DNA from: Octopus vulgaris
Lineage: Eukaryota
NCBI GenBank assembly: GCA_951406725.2
Contig: OX597818.1
Span: 56,048,001-56,112,000, forward strand
Direction: 5' to 3'
DNA: 64,000 nucleotides
Under the pieces are notes generated by a model, which saw only the letters and a list, made by a program, of their open reading frames with translations, was not told the origin of the DNA and did no database searches. Position numbers and translations under genes: made by a program. The stretch's first letter is position 1. Each line of letters begins with the position of its first letter. Below are positions 14,630-27,725 of the stretch, one piece after another.

Positions 14630-15142
14630 CTAGATCAGTACTAATTGATAAGGTGTGTGTGTGTGTCCAAAACGGTTCCAGCTGTGACCATCCCGTATGG
14701 ATATCTAAGTACACATGATTATATGTAGGCGGAATCTGAGATGGGTGTCGGCTGCTATTTCTAGGCAATCAAGCGACCGCATTGCGACTTCTTTCTTTGT
14801 TCGATGCTGCTGTTATTGTTTAACCCTAGGTCGGACCTGACAGGTCAAGCCTACGATCGGGGGTGTTCTAACCATGAAACTCCACCCATGTATTTTTCAG
14901 GCTGTGTATTAAAGACTACAGTTTTCAATATGTCCGTCCCTTTTTGGAGAATATAAGAGATAGAGAGAGGGGGAGAAGGAGAGATAGAGATAAGGGAGAG
15001 AGAGGGGAGAGAGAGGGGGAGAGAGAGGGGAGAGAGAAGGGGGGGCGTTTGATTGCTATTTCTTGGAAGCCAAGTGAGCACTTACAGGCTTTTCCGTTCA
15101 CACGTGCCTCACACTGCTTCATATCATTGTGTGTGTGTCTGT

Positions 15143-15183
<41 letters not shown>

Positions 15184-15550
15184 TGTATGTATGTGTTAGC
15201 AGAAAGCTCTAGGATGCCAGCAACGTTGATAGACAAAGAGTCTATCGCGAACCAGCAACCGGATCTCGAGCTCTCGCTTTGAAGCTTATGCGTTTGCAAT
15301 CCAGGGAAAACACCGATCGTGTGTGTGTGTGTGTATGTGTGTGTGTGTTTGTGTATGTGTATGAGTGTGTGTGTGTATGTGTGCTTATTTATGTATGTAT
15401 GCATGTATATATGCATGCATATATACATATATATATATGTATATATTGATAGAAATGGTAAGACAACAAAAGAATGAAAGAGACCTCGATAGTATGTAAA
15501 TAGAGGAATTTATCTGTAAGTATAATATGTGGCAATTATTTGGTAGCCGT

Positions 15551-15611
15551 GATAAAACTCCGAGTTTCGGATGCCGAGGTGGAAATCCACGCCGGCATCT
15601 CTTCAGTTATC
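15551..15611 (-). ncRNA. Type I hammerhead ribozyme motif in a TA-flanked element (~15445-15635)
   Basis: Minus strand GATAA-CTGAAGA-GATGCCG...CGGCATC-C-GAAA-CTC G GAGT-T-TTATC: stem I GATAA/TTATC, 7-bp stem II, stem III ACTC/GAGT, GUU triplet. Confidence 0.8.
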
Positions 15612-15633
15612 CGGCAATCGGAAAAAAATGGTA

Positions 15634-15704
<71 letters not shown>

Positions 15705-15890
15705 AATATAATCAAAAGGGTAATAATATAGATTACTACCCAGCACAAAAGACGAATTAGTCATTAGACAAAATATTATTCATATAGAAAAATATTATTC
15801 ATGTAGGAATATAATTAAGGGCTTCTAAATAAGGATGCCAAGTGCTAGGGACACAAAAAAGGGATAAATTTATCGAGAGTGAAAATCAAA

Positions 15891-15974
<84 letters not shown>

Positions 15975-16315
15975 CGATGATCGGCTTGCAACAAAGTTTC
16001 TGTCCGTCAAATTCACTCTTGAGACATTGGTCGATGCAGGGCTTTCATACAACTCACTTACGTATGCATGGTGCCAAGCAGTGGGACTGAACCCGAGACC
16101 AAGTGATGTCAAAACAAACGTTTTAATCACAAAGTCACGCCTGAATATTTAGACATAATTAAAAGAATTTTTTTTTTTTTTTGCTTAATTTCAGTTTAAT
16201 ATGGTTTCTCTGTAGAAATACCTGAACTTGAACCTAACTCTTTTAACTCCTCAGAGAACAAAACATTATAAAGAAAAGATCAAATTTAATATCACAGCAA
16301 GATTCGTCTACTATA

Positions 16316-17267
16316 CAGTAATCCCTCGCCATATCGCGGTTCACCTATCACGCAATTAGTACATCGCGGTTCACCTATTGCGCACTCAGTACATCGCGGA
16401 TTTTCCTGGCTAACATATGTAAATTTATATCGCTGGCCTCTCAGTATATCGCGGATTTTTGCGGCTGATAAGTATTTATATGTTTTTAGGCTTTAAATTT
16501 TTTCTGTGGTAAAATAAGTATTTTCACGCCTAAAAACTAATAAATCAATAAATGAAAGTACAATACAGTACTGCACTGTATAACACATTAATTAGAATAT
16601 ATTAAAAGAAAGTACGTAGTGTACCGTAGATGAGGAAACAAAGAATCGCTCATGCTGTATGGAAAGCGAAACTCGGGAGGTGAGTGCGTGGTGGTGTTTT
16701 GCATTTGTAATAAAATATATATCTCTTTCTCTTTCTCTTTTACTTGTTTCAGTCATTTGACTGCGGCCATGCTGGAGCACCGCCTTTAGTCGAGCAAATC
16801 GACCCCGGGACTTATTCTTTGTAAGCCCAGTACTTATTCTATCGGTCACTTTTGCCGAACCGCTAAGTGACGGGAACGTAAACACACCAGCATCGGTCGT
16901 CAAGCAATGCTAAGGGGACAAACACACACACACAAACACACACATACATATATATATACATATATACGACAGGCTTCTTTCAGTTTCCGTCTACCAAATC
17001 CACTCACAAGGCATTGGTCGGCCCGGGGCTATAGCAGAAGACACTTGCCCAAGGTGCCACGCAGTGGGACTGAACCCGGAACCATGTGGTTGGTTAGCAA
17101 GCTACTTACCACACAGCCACTCCTGCGCCTATATATACAAATATATATACAAATTATAAAAATAATTTTTTAAATATATACAGTACAGAACTGTTTCTAC
17201 TTCGCGGATTTTCACATATCGTGAGGGTATTTGAAGCGTAACACCTGCGATAGTCGAAGGATTACTG
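16316..17267. mobile_element. pogo/Tigger-like MITE interrupted by a SINE
   Basis: TIRs CAGTAATCCCTCG / CGAAGGATTACTG, TA at left end, repeated subterminal ATCGCGG motifs. Confidence 0.75.
16722..17130 (-). mobile_element. SINE family A nested in the MITE
   Basis: Full head-to-tail match to family A. Confidence 0.9.
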
Positions 17268-17916
17268 CATACAAAAGAATTGTTTTATTTCAACAGTTAA
17301 AAACATCAATTTGTACTATTTGAATGACACTGTTAACAACCGCCGCCGTTCCTCCCACACACACATATTCATACACGCACACATTCACATACACACATAC
17401 ATACACACAAACATCTTCTCAAACGAAGAAAGCAGTCTAATTTTGTTAAGCGAACGTGTTGTTTTGAGAGTTACACAACAGCATTTCTGCCATTCTTTTG
17501 CTAGCGTTGCTAGACACAAAAACGCTTTGAAATGAGTTACATCAGAAACAATATATTTTCCTATATTCCAAAGTAACAGCTGGAGTTAGCCTTAAGCTGT
17601 GTGCGGAGCGATATGTATTACACCTGACGGTTTAGGGCTTATGGTACTGCAAGACTGATTTCCAAAACTGGGAACGAGGAGAGAAAGTAGACAAAGCCGA
17701 TGCTGTATGTACCTGTTTATAAGCTAATTGCACAATATACGGAACGACACAGCATCGGAATACAGGTGCCGACGTTAAACCTTAGTTACTATCAATTTTG
17801 CAGCGTAATACGTGAACGTTTTGCGCACCAAAATTACAAGAAACGATGTGCTGGTAGAAACGGGGTTTCCATGGTCGTGCAAGAACTAGTGACACCCGAA
17901 GAATAAAGGGTTATAA

Positions 17917-18148
17917 GGCGGTGAGCTGGCAGAATTGTTAGCACGCCGGGCGAAATGCTCAGCGGTATTTCGTCTGCCGCTACGTTCTGATTTCAAATTC
18001 CACCGAGGTCGACTTTGCCTTTCATCCTTTCGGGGTCGATTAAATAAGTACCAGTTACGCATTGGGGTCGATGTAATCGACTTAATCCGTTTGTCTGTCC
18101 TTGTTTGTCCTCTCTGTGTGTAGCTCCTTGTGGGCAGTAAGAAAAATA
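17917..18148 (+). mobile_element. SINE family B, full length, with 16-bp TSD
   Basis: TSD AAGAATAAAGGGTTAT on both sides; Deu/Nin-like GCCTTTCATCCTTTCGGGGTCGAT...AGTACCAG. Confidence 0.9.
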
Positions 18149-18290
18149 AGAATAAAGGGTTATTCCGGATCCGAGTCTTGACTGTGAAAAGAAACGCAAT
18201 GAGGCTGATGGTGCAAAACTGTTATTTGTGCTGCAGCAAGGACCACTTGAAGGCTTTCTGAGCGGAAGGACTTCAAAACTAGAAAAAAAA

Positions 18291-18417
18291 GCCAACCACA
18301 TGGTTCCGGGTTCAGTCCCACTGCGTGGCATCTTGGGCAAGTGTCTTCTGCTATAGCCCCGGGCCGACCAAAGCCTTGTGAGTGGATTTGGTAGACAGAA
18401 ACTGAAAGAAGCCCGTC

Positions 18418-18465
<48 letters not shown>

Positions 18466-18685
18466 ATGTGTTTGTGTGTCTGTGTTTGTCCCCCTAGCAT
18501 TGCTTCACAACCGATGCTGGTGTGTTTACGTCCCCGTCACTTAGCGTTTCGGCAAAAGAGACCGATAGAATAAGTACTGGGCTTACAAAGAATAAGTCCC
18601 GGGGTCGATTTGCTCGACTTAATGCGGTGCTCCAGCATGGCCGCAGTCAAATGACTGAAACAAGTAAAAGAGTAAAAGAGTAAGA
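18291..18685 (+). mobile_element. SINE family A, 5'-truncated
   Basis: Begins at CCAACCACATGG, ends in GTAAAAGAG repeats. Confidence 0.9.
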
Positions 18686-19774
18686 GAGAGATAGCAATAA
18701 CAACGAAAGCAAGCAACAGAAAGTGTTGCTCTCTAAGTCCCGTCGGTATAGGCTAAGGAAATAGCAGAAGAGATTTTCTCATTCTCTGTTTCAGAAAACA
18801 GCAACACCTGTACCATAATATTAGCTATTAGCACCATCTCTTTGTTTTGTGATGAGGTGGACATGGAACACGAGAGGTAGAAGAAATAGGAATAAACGGA
18901 AAAGTACAACCCTTTCTTCAAGATAAAATAGTGTACCCCACCAAAAAAGGTGAGTATAAAGGGCCCTAAGGGAAGCCATCTACGAGATAGCCAGGATTTC
19001 ATCGTCGTTAGAAAAACCATCAGCAAGGTGGCGTAAAAATCACGTCAGACCACGAGGATAATGCGCTAACTTGAAGAAATGGACAAAAACACCAAAGGCA
19101 TTCAGAAGACATTTAGATTATAGACTGATTGTGACAATCACAGTAAGAGTCTAACATCCTTCGAAAAGCGCCTACCCGGGTAAGGTGGTAAGCAACTTTC
19201 TCAGGCCATCGCAGAAAATACCTTCAAACACGTTTTGATGCATCAGTTTCCAGTGCATCGAAATGTGCTCTAACATAACGTTAGTGTTTGGGGTATGACC
19301 TTATTTTTTTTATAGTTTTTCCTATTTTAATTTCTTTATAAATTATAACTCATGGGATGCACACACAGAAAGACAGAATGGACTAAACAGGACAGGAGAC
19401 ACGTGGGATGGAGAATTGCCGAAGAAGTCTCAGGATGTGTGACGAAAGATTTCAGACGAAGGACACGAAAATAGGAATAAGAATAAGGCTGAAGGGAAGA
19501 ACGAGTATATAAAGGCAAAAAAGGGGAAAAAATGGATATCCCCAAATATAACAATGTAACTCATTAATTTAATTTTAATTATTTTAGGCTGTTACGAAAA
19601 AAAGTAATAGATCTCAATATATTGTACAAAGGCTATGCCGCAACAGTCAATTTTAATATAACTTTCTATATTTCAATGCTTTAACATTTTTTTTTTAAAT
19701 GGTTTCCGCATGTTTGAATTGATCCTCGAGACCAATGGACAGTAAGAAACGAACGTCTTACCACGCATTTCGTC

Positions 19775-20072
19775 TATTCTTTTATTCTTTTACTTGTTTC
19801 AGTCATTTCATGCTAGCACCATTAGTTGGACAGTAAGAAACGAACGTCATACACCAACCACTCCTTCGTCTATTCTTTTATTCTTTTACTTGTTTCAGTC
19901 ATTTGACTGTGGCCATGCTGGAGCACCACCTTAGTTGAACAAATCGACCCCAGGACTTATTCTTTGTAAGCCTAATTCTGTCGGTCACTTTTGCCGAACC
20001 GGTAAGTTACGGGGTACATAAATACACCAACATCAGTTGTCAAGCGATGGTGAGAGGAACAAACACAGACAC

Positions 20073-20075
<3 letters not shown>
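19775..20075 (-). mobile_element. SINE family A 3' half with locally duplicated tail and flank
   Basis: TGGACAGTAAGAAACGAACGTC...CTTGTTTCAGTCATTT occurs twice (~19736 and ~19827). Confidence 0.8.
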
Positions 20076-20106
<31 letters not shown>

Positions 20107-20258
20107 TAATTGTTATCGCCATATTAATATGGCATTCTTATAGATATAAGAATAATTGCTGCCGCTGGTCAGCTCCATGAGGCCACCGCCTTAAGATAGC
20201 TATTGATACACGATCTGTATCCATTATAACCTTCGAACAAGGGAGGTCAGCCTCCTAT

Positions 20259-20293
20259 GTTTCCGACGAAGAGCTCCGCTCGAAACGTTAAAC
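20259..20293 (+). ncRNA. Minimal hammerhead motif (variant core CCGACGA) in a TA-flanked element (~20104-20395)
   Basis: GTTT-CCGACGA-A-GAGC TCC GCTC-GAAA-CGT-T-AAAC: stem I GTTT/AAAC, stem II GAGC/GCTC, palindromic ACGT in place of stem III. Confidence 0.65.
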
Positions 20294-20389
20294 CCTCCTT
20301 CTTCCCTTCTTTCCTGAGCGTCCAATAATACTATATTTGTTCAACGTCCTCGCGTTGTTGTGTTTTTTTGTGTTTTCTTGTTTGGATTA

Positions 20390-20792
<403 letters not shown>

Positions 20793-21301
20793 TTAGTGAC
20801 CACTATCCGAACGCCCAAAGCATGTCATCGCTCTCTTTGCAAACGAAATTGAAACTTTCTCGATTTGTTAACAGCTTCGTCGCCCCTCCACCCGTGCCCT
20901 ACCTCACCGGATCTATCACACAGCTGAACTCTACTTCCTATCATTGATGCCTATAAAAACATATGTTTCTGTTTCATGCAATTATATTGTTCTAATCTGT
21001 TTCTATTGTATCCCATCGTGTAATACAATATATCATTGTGCTTCGTTATGTTCTGTTGTAATTAGGCATTGTTGGTTTAAGGGCGGTGGCTGCCAGAACC
21101 GGTAAACCGGTAAACCGGCTGGAAAAAATGTCTTTTGGTACATTGTTACGTTTGTAGTTCGCCTTTTTTACTAGTTTTAGTCATAGCACTGCGGTCATGC
21201 TGGGGCACTACGTTTTGGGGGTTTACACGAACAAAATCGATCCTGGAGTGATGTTTTTTTAAGCTTGATACGTACTCTAGCGATCTCTTATTGCTGAACA
21301 G

Positions 21302-21323
21302 CTAAGGTAGTGATAATGTTGTT

Positions 21324-21358
<35 letters not shown>

Positions 21359-21897
21359 TGTTGGTGGTGGTGGTGGTGGTGGTGGTGGAGAGTGGTGGTG
21401 ATGGTGATGGAGAAGGAGGAGGTGGTGGTGGTGGTGGTCATCGTGGTCGTTGTCGGCGGCATAGTGGTGGTGATGGTAGTGGTGGTGGTAGTGGTCATCG
21501 TGGTCGTTGTCGGCGTCATAGTGGTGGTGATGGTAGTGGTGGTGCTGGTGGTGGTGTTGGTGGTGGAGAGTGGTGGTGATGGTGATAGAGAAGGAGGAGG
21601 TGGTGGTGGTGGTCATCGTGGTCGTTGTCGGCCTCATAATGGTGGTGGTGGTGGTGGTGGTGGTGGTGGTGGTGGTGGTGGTGGTGGCGGCGGTGGTGTT
21701 GGCGGTGGTGATGGAGGTGGTGGTGGTCGTCGTTGTGGTCGTTGTCGGCGTCATAGTGGTGGTGGTGGCGGCGGTGGTCGTTGTCGTCATCGTCGTCTTC
21801 GTAGTTGTCGACCTTCTGATCGAAACGGGGGAAATCGTTTCCATCAGTGGTCGTGGTTTTGGTGGTGGTGCTGGTTCTTTCTGTTGGTCGAATTTCA
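21302..21897 (-). CDS. Candidate His/Asp/Thr-rich coding exon
   Basis: Strong acceptor TTTCTTTTTTTCAG directly upstream; open frames include EIRPTERTSTTTKTTTTDGNDFPRFDQKVDNYEDDDDDNDHRRHHHHYDADNDH and KFDQQKEPAPPPKPRPLMET; internal duplicated unit. Confidence 0.4.
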
Positions 21898-22294
21898 CTG
21901 AAAAAAAGAAACCCTTCTTAATCCGAAAATCTACAGAAACCACAACACCTCAAAATTACAAACCCTAAAAACCTTTTAAAATGTTTAGCGGCAAGTGTAT
22001 TACAAAGAGTTTGGAAACGTCCACAAGAAAACCACCCGTTTCTGGGAGAGCAGAAAGGATGCTGCAGTGCAGGGATGGCTGTGTGGTAAGTAGCTTGTTT
22101 ACAGTTGGATAGATAGACAAATATAACAAAATAATTTGACAAAAAATGTGAATTTTTAATTATTTTCTGAGATTTTACAAAAACAACAAAAATATTATTA
22201 ACAAAAAAAAAAAATAGACGTGTTTTTTTTTTTTCTGGCAGTGAGTCAAACGTTTTGTTGAACGTTGGATAATTTTTCTGTTGGAATTGTTGAA

Positions 22295-22727
22295 GGATCT
22301 TTTCGGTTTGAAAGGAAGTTTTTTAAAATAATTTCCACGTAACTAAACACTTTTAAACTTCGTATACTGGTAGAATGTGTTTATAAAACATCTTTTTCTC
22401 TTGGCTTTATTGAGAAAATTCTATAGTTTGTAAGATATTTGTTGTTGTTTTTTCTATTCAATTTCTGCTATTTCAACCAATCAATGACGTCTATTGAGGT
22501 GAAAACATTCTGTGCAGTATGAATATGTCCCTCGTTTAAGAAACAGGTTGGGTTTATTTACATTTCTGAAGAAAAAAAAAGATACCCTTCCCCCCACCCC
22601 TAACCCTAACTAACCCTAACCCTAAAACAGATTTAAATGCAATAGATCGATACTAGGGTCATAATTATGGGTGACAATTTCATATGACACCGCTAGAAAA
22701 AAACTGCCGTTCAAACCGAAAAGATCC
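22295..22727. mobile_element. Merlin-like MITE
   Basis: TIRs GGATCTTTTCGGTTTGAA / TTCAAACCGAAAAGATCC beginning GG; 8-bp TSD TTGTTGAA/TCGTTGAA; internal (CCCTAA)n. Confidence 0.75.
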
Positions 22728-22869
22728 TCGTTGAATGTATATTGTTGAATATTTTCGAACCTTGAAACTTTGAAAATTTTTGTGCTTTTTCTCGGTGACG
22801 GGAGAAAGTAATTGTTTGTGTAAAGACATTTTTACAGTAGTGAACCGTCGAAATATTGAACTTATTAAA

Positions 22870-23285
22870 GTTGTTGTAGGATTTATTGTCGTGCACCCCC
22901 CCCCCCGCCACCCAGCGGGGGGTGGGATTTGAACTGTTATCCTCATTAAGAGGAAAGAAATATTATAGGTTTCCCATTTTTTGGGATATTCAATTTATTA
23001 TTGCGTGAAAAATTTAATTGTAGCCGTTGTAGGCTCTATTGTGACACCTGCCCCTAGCGGGAGTGAGATTTGAACTGTTGTCCTCGTTGTGAGAAAAAAA
23101 ATATTATAGGTTTCCCGTTTTAGGGGATTCTGTATTTTTATTATTGTGTGGAAAAAAAAATTAATTTCGAACGTTGTAGGCTTTGTTGTTACGTCTTGCC
23201 TTCCAGCGGGAGTGAGATTTGAACTATTGTCCTCGTTGAGAGAAAAAAAGTAAAAAATTATAGGTTTCCCATTTTCTGGGATTAA
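22870..23285 (+). repeat. Three ~145-150-bp tandem monomers
   Basis: GTTGTAGG...AGCGGG.GTG.GATTTGAACT.TT.TCCTC...TTATAGGTTTCCC repeated at ~22873, 23026 and 23173. Confidence 0.85.
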
Positions 23286-23312
23286 ATTGTGTATAAATTT
23301 ATTTCGAACGAA

Positions 23313-23880
23313 TATGTCGGTCGAAATAATTCAAGAAACAAACCAGCTGCATGAACCAGTAAAAAAGTTCGCGGCAGTAGCCGCTGTACCGTGTAAAAAT
23401 GTAGTAATACAAACGGAGAAGCTCTCCGAGCTTTTTGAGAGAATGAAAGAGGAGGGTGAGGATATACAGATCTAACCCTCCCCTAGTGTTGAAAATGTGA
23501 AGAGAAGGACACATGTTTACAAAACGTACTGTCCTTCATCGAAGAAATTCAAGCACTTCGAAAAATGCGAAATAGAAAAATGCCTGGCCCCTATATGGAA
23601 AGATATAAAATACATAGCGAGGTGCCGGGCATATGTATTCAAGATAGCCAACAGATAGAAAATAGAGGCTGCAATGATAGATAGCGATGAAGGAAATAGA
23701 AAAGCAACAGAAATCGTGAAACCGCTAAAATCTAAACTAAAATTAGAACTAGAGTGTACCGTTATAAAATCCTCACCTACGTGGCCAGTACTGCTAAAAG
23801 TTGAACAAGGTGGAAATGGAGAAAGAAAAATCGTAACACCGGTTGAGAAGTATAAGATTCAAAGATTGAAGTTTTGTTGA
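23313..23880 (+). pseudogene. Decayed ORF, possibly non-LTR ORF1-like
   Basis: MSVEIIQETNQLHEPVKKFAAV...*PSPSVENVKRRTHVYKTYCPSSKKFKHFEKCEIEKCLAPIWKDIKYIAR with stops; purine-rich strand; follows the tandem monomers. Family assignment is inference. Confidence 0.4.
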
Positions 23881-23929
23881 TTGTAGCACAGAACTAAAAC
23901 TTCCCAATAAGAATCGACTAAAGACATGT

Positions 23930-24463
23930 AAAGAAGTAGAAACAAGTGATTGTAAAGCATATGGAAATTGGGAAGACGACATTAATAGTATTTCTTTTGG
24001 CTGCCCAGACTTAGCGAAGGAAAAATATATTCACAGACCTGACATTTGTGGGACTTTATACACAGGAAGTTGTGCCAGCATTATGAAATACCAACAAAAA
24101 AGAGAGAGTATTGGCATTCACAGGAATATGTCTTCGACAAGGGCAAAGTAACCGTATTCTAGGATCAAGTAATCCACACAGAGATCAAGGCAAATCGTCC
24201 AGATATTGTTTTAAGGACCGCCAAGACAAAAAGTGTCACCTAACAGGCGCAGGAGTGGCTGTGTGGTAAGTAGATTGCTTACCAACTGCCTTCATGGCAA
24301 ATGTAATGAAATAAAGTAGCTTGCTTACCAACCACATGGTTCCGGGTTCAGTCCCACTGTTTGGCACTTTGGGCAAGTGTCTTCTACTATAGCCTCGGGT
24401 CGACCAAAGCCTTGTGAGTGGATTTGGTAGACGGAAACTGAAAGAAGCCTATCGTATATATAA

Positions 24464-24515
<52 letters not shown>

Positions 24516-25010
24516 ATGTTTGTGTGTCTGTGTTTGTCCCCCCCCCAACATCGCTTGACAACCGATGCTGGTGTGTTTACGTCCCCGTAACTTAGCGATT
24601 CGGCAAAAGAGACCGATAGAATAAGTACTAGGCTTACAAAGAATAAGTCCTGGTGGTCGATTTTCTCGACTAAAGGCGGTGCTCCAGCATGGCCGCAGTC
24701 AAATGACTGAAACAAAGTAAAAGAGTAAAAGAGTAACAGATCAACCAGTCCCAACAGATGACAGTATATCTCTAACAGAAATGAAAAAAACTGTCGAAAT
24801 AAAATGGTCTGGAAACAGAGACAACTCGGCCTGAAACCAGAAACAATTCCTATCATAATTAGCGCTTCGGGAGTGTTCAAAAACATGATGACATGTCCAT
24901 AAACAAAACCCAAGGAATTACGAATACAGTTAAAAAAAAAAACATAGAGGAAATAGCACTGGAAGGCACGTCAGAGGTTCTACGTAAAGCACTTTCAATA
25001 CGGTAAAAAA
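23930..25010 (+). mobile_element. R4/Dong-like LINE 3' relic (restriction-like endonuclease) split by a SINE
   Basis: GCPDLAKEKYIHR, EIKANRPDIV and ETIPIIIS motifs; followed by a long (AAT)n. Confidence 0.75.
24247..24733 (+). mobile_element. SINE family A with TAACAG TSD
   Basis: Full copy; head has a short insert between duplicated AAGTAG.TTGCTTACCAAC. Confidence 0.9.
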
Positions 25011-25109
25011 AATAACAACACAAAAAATACGCCACTCGACGTATCCAAGCACATGCCCAGAGATGCGCTAAGTAAAGCAATGAAAACACGCAATAAGAAT
25101 AAGCTATTG

Positions 25110-25318
25110 AGTAATAATAATAATAATGATGATAATAATAATAACAATAATAATAGTAATAGTAGTAATAATAATAATAATAATAAAAATAATAATAATA
25201 ACAATAGTAATAGTAATAACAATAATAATAGTAATAGTAATAATAGTAATAATAATAACAATAATAATAGTAATAGTAGTAATAATAATAACAATAACAA
25301 TAATAATAATGATAATAA

Positions 25319-25360
<42 letters not shown>

Positions 25361-25369
25361 TAATAATAA

Positions 25370-25401
<32 letters not shown>

Positions 25402-25754
25402 ATAATAATAATAATAATAATAATAATGATAATAATAATGATAATAATAATAATAATAATGATAATAATAATAACAATAATAATAATAACAATAATAATA
25501 ATGATAATAATAAAAATATAAATAATAACAACAATAATAATAATAATATAAATAATAATAATGATAATAATAATAATAATAAAAATAACAATAATAATAA
25601 TAATAATAACAACAATAATAATAATAATAATGATAATAATAATAATAATAATGATAATAATAATAATAACAATAATAATAATAATAATAACAACAATAAT
25701 AATAAGAATAATGATAATAATAATAATAACAATAATAATAATAATGATAACAAC

Positions 25755-25792
<38 letters not shown>
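25110..25792. repeat. (AAT)n microsatellite with AAC/GAT/AGT variants
   Basis: Directly visible. Confidence 0.97.
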
Positions 25793-25794
<2 letters not shown>

Positions 25795-26231
25795 GAGTAA
25801 ATAGATAAATAAATAGTATAACTAAGATAAAATTTAGCAATATAATCTGACTTTCACTTTTATAGCAGTTTTATTTATGGCCCGTTATCACACTGAAAAA
25901 CAAAACGTATCCACGTAAGATGCCTTCCAGATGGCATTGTTGAGTGGATTAGGATCTCGAGATATTTCTCAGCATTCATTATTCCATCGATGTTTACCAA
26001 ATCCCTCTCCCCCCCCCCGCGCTCCGTTTCGCTCACAAATAACCGCAGACATTAATAGACCCATCTCCACGTTTGTACTTTCGAACATATTTCTTCCCGC
26101 TTTTCATTCATTCTTCGTCTTACGTAACATCTTCTCTCTCTGTTCTGAAATTTTTTCAGATTTAAATTTATCGCTCTTTTGCATGTTCTCCAAAAATTCT
26201 GAGCTCCATTTTTTTTTTTTTTGTATTCTTG

Positions 26232-26521
26232 TTCTCTTTTTACTCTTTTACTCTTTTACTTGTTTCAGTCATTTGACTGCGGCCATGCTGGAGCACCGCC
26301 TTTAGTCGAGCAAATCAACCCCGGGACTTATTCTTTGTAAGCCCAGTACTTATTCAATCGGTCTCTTTTGCCGAACCGCTAAGTGACGGGGACGTAAACA
26401 CATCAGCATCGGTTGTCAAGCAATGCTAGGGGGACAAACACAGACACACAAACACACACATGCAGGCCTTTCAGTTTCCGTTACCAAATATATGACAAAC
26501 ACAGACACACAAACACACACA

Positions 26522-26556
<35 letters not shown>

Positions 26557-26708
26557 GACAGGCTTCTTTCAGTTTCCGTCTACCAAATCCACTCACAAGG
26601 CATTGGTCGGCCCGAGGCTATAGCAGATGTCACTTGCCCAAGATGCCACGCAGTGGGACTTAATCCGGAACCATGTGGTTGGTTAGCAAGCTACTTACCA
26701 CACAGCAA
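26232..26708 (-). mobile_element. SINE family A with internal partial duplication
   Basis: Full match; GACAAACACAGACACAC and TTTCAGTTTCCGT each occur twice. Confidence 0.9.
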
Positions 26709-26759
26709 GTCGCTTTTGCTTTACTCAACCATGACCTTTTCCTAGCAGTATTCTCTTCA

Positions 26760-27180
26760 TGGACGAAGGATGAACCTGTGTGCCGTAATTTTGGGTGCGA
26801 TGTACATGTGGAATGCGCAGAATCACCTCCCCCCGACAAGTCATCCTAACGAGACGCCTGCGTTGGCTGGGTCATGCCCTCCGTCGTCAACCAGGAGAAT
26901 TCATCTACGAAGCAACTGCCCCAGCTCCCCTTCAGGGTTGGCGAAAGCGATGTGGTGGACAACGAAAAACCTGGCTGATGACAGTCAAGGCTGATCTGGA
27001 ACCCAACCTGGGCCCCCATACCAACGGTGTTCGCCGCTGGAATAAGGAGTGGTTGGAGATCACGCGGTCATTAGCCTCAAATTGTCAGGCCTGGTCGGTG
27101 TTTGTGAGAGATGCAGCATTGAGGATGAATAAAGCCAGCTCAACCCACCCCAGGTGAATGCTGTCTCGAGTCAAGTCAAG
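26760..27180 (+). mobile_element. RTE-clade LINE 3' fragment
   Basis: RRLRWLGHALRR...RCGGQRKTW...V.ADL C-terminal motifs; GTCAA-repeat tail. Confidence 0.85.
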
Positions 27181-27725
27181 GAAGTTTGGGCCATATTTGA
27201 GGTGACAGGGGATATATTTCCTTTTAGATTCCTAATGTTGATTTCGGATACTTTGAGAGACCCTTCCCCACACTTAAACTTCAGTTACCCCGGTTTCTAT
27301 TTTTCTCTTGAGAATATCGTGAATGCCACATATTGAGACCTTAATGTTTATATGTGTGAGTGTGTGTGTGTGAGTGTATGCGTATGTGCGGGGGAAACTG
27401 TGTGGGGTGGGGGGAACTGAAAATTATTCAGTGAACTTCATTGCCTTACATCTGTTTTTGCTACAAGCTGCAGTGCTCTTAGAGCTGAGTATGTGTGCAT
27501 CACCTTTTAGAAAATCCGAGGAAGTTATAATGTGATGCATAAACACTCAACTCTGGAGATGGGGTCGAAAACTGAACCTATTTTCGTAATCCTAGTTACT
27601 TCGTTCAGTCCAGGCTTCAAAACCCATTGTCACAAAAAGGGGGGCGGTATAAACCGAAGGTCATATTGTGTATGTGATGGAATTTCCAGGGGTATTGCAC
27701 TTTGAGCTTGTCCTAAATAATCATG

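Noticed and set aside
17580-19260. Possible decayed LINE coding sequence around the SINEs
   Set aside because: Only vague motif hints; no continuous frame or diagnostic motif could be established by eye.
20800-20950. Minus-strand exon after TTTTTATAG
   Set aside because: Acceptor and a GTGAGG donor exist, but the peptide is unrecognisable and the evidence is too weak.
22590-22626. True telomere or chromosome fusion site
   Set aside because: Only about four units, inside a TIR/TSD-bounded element.
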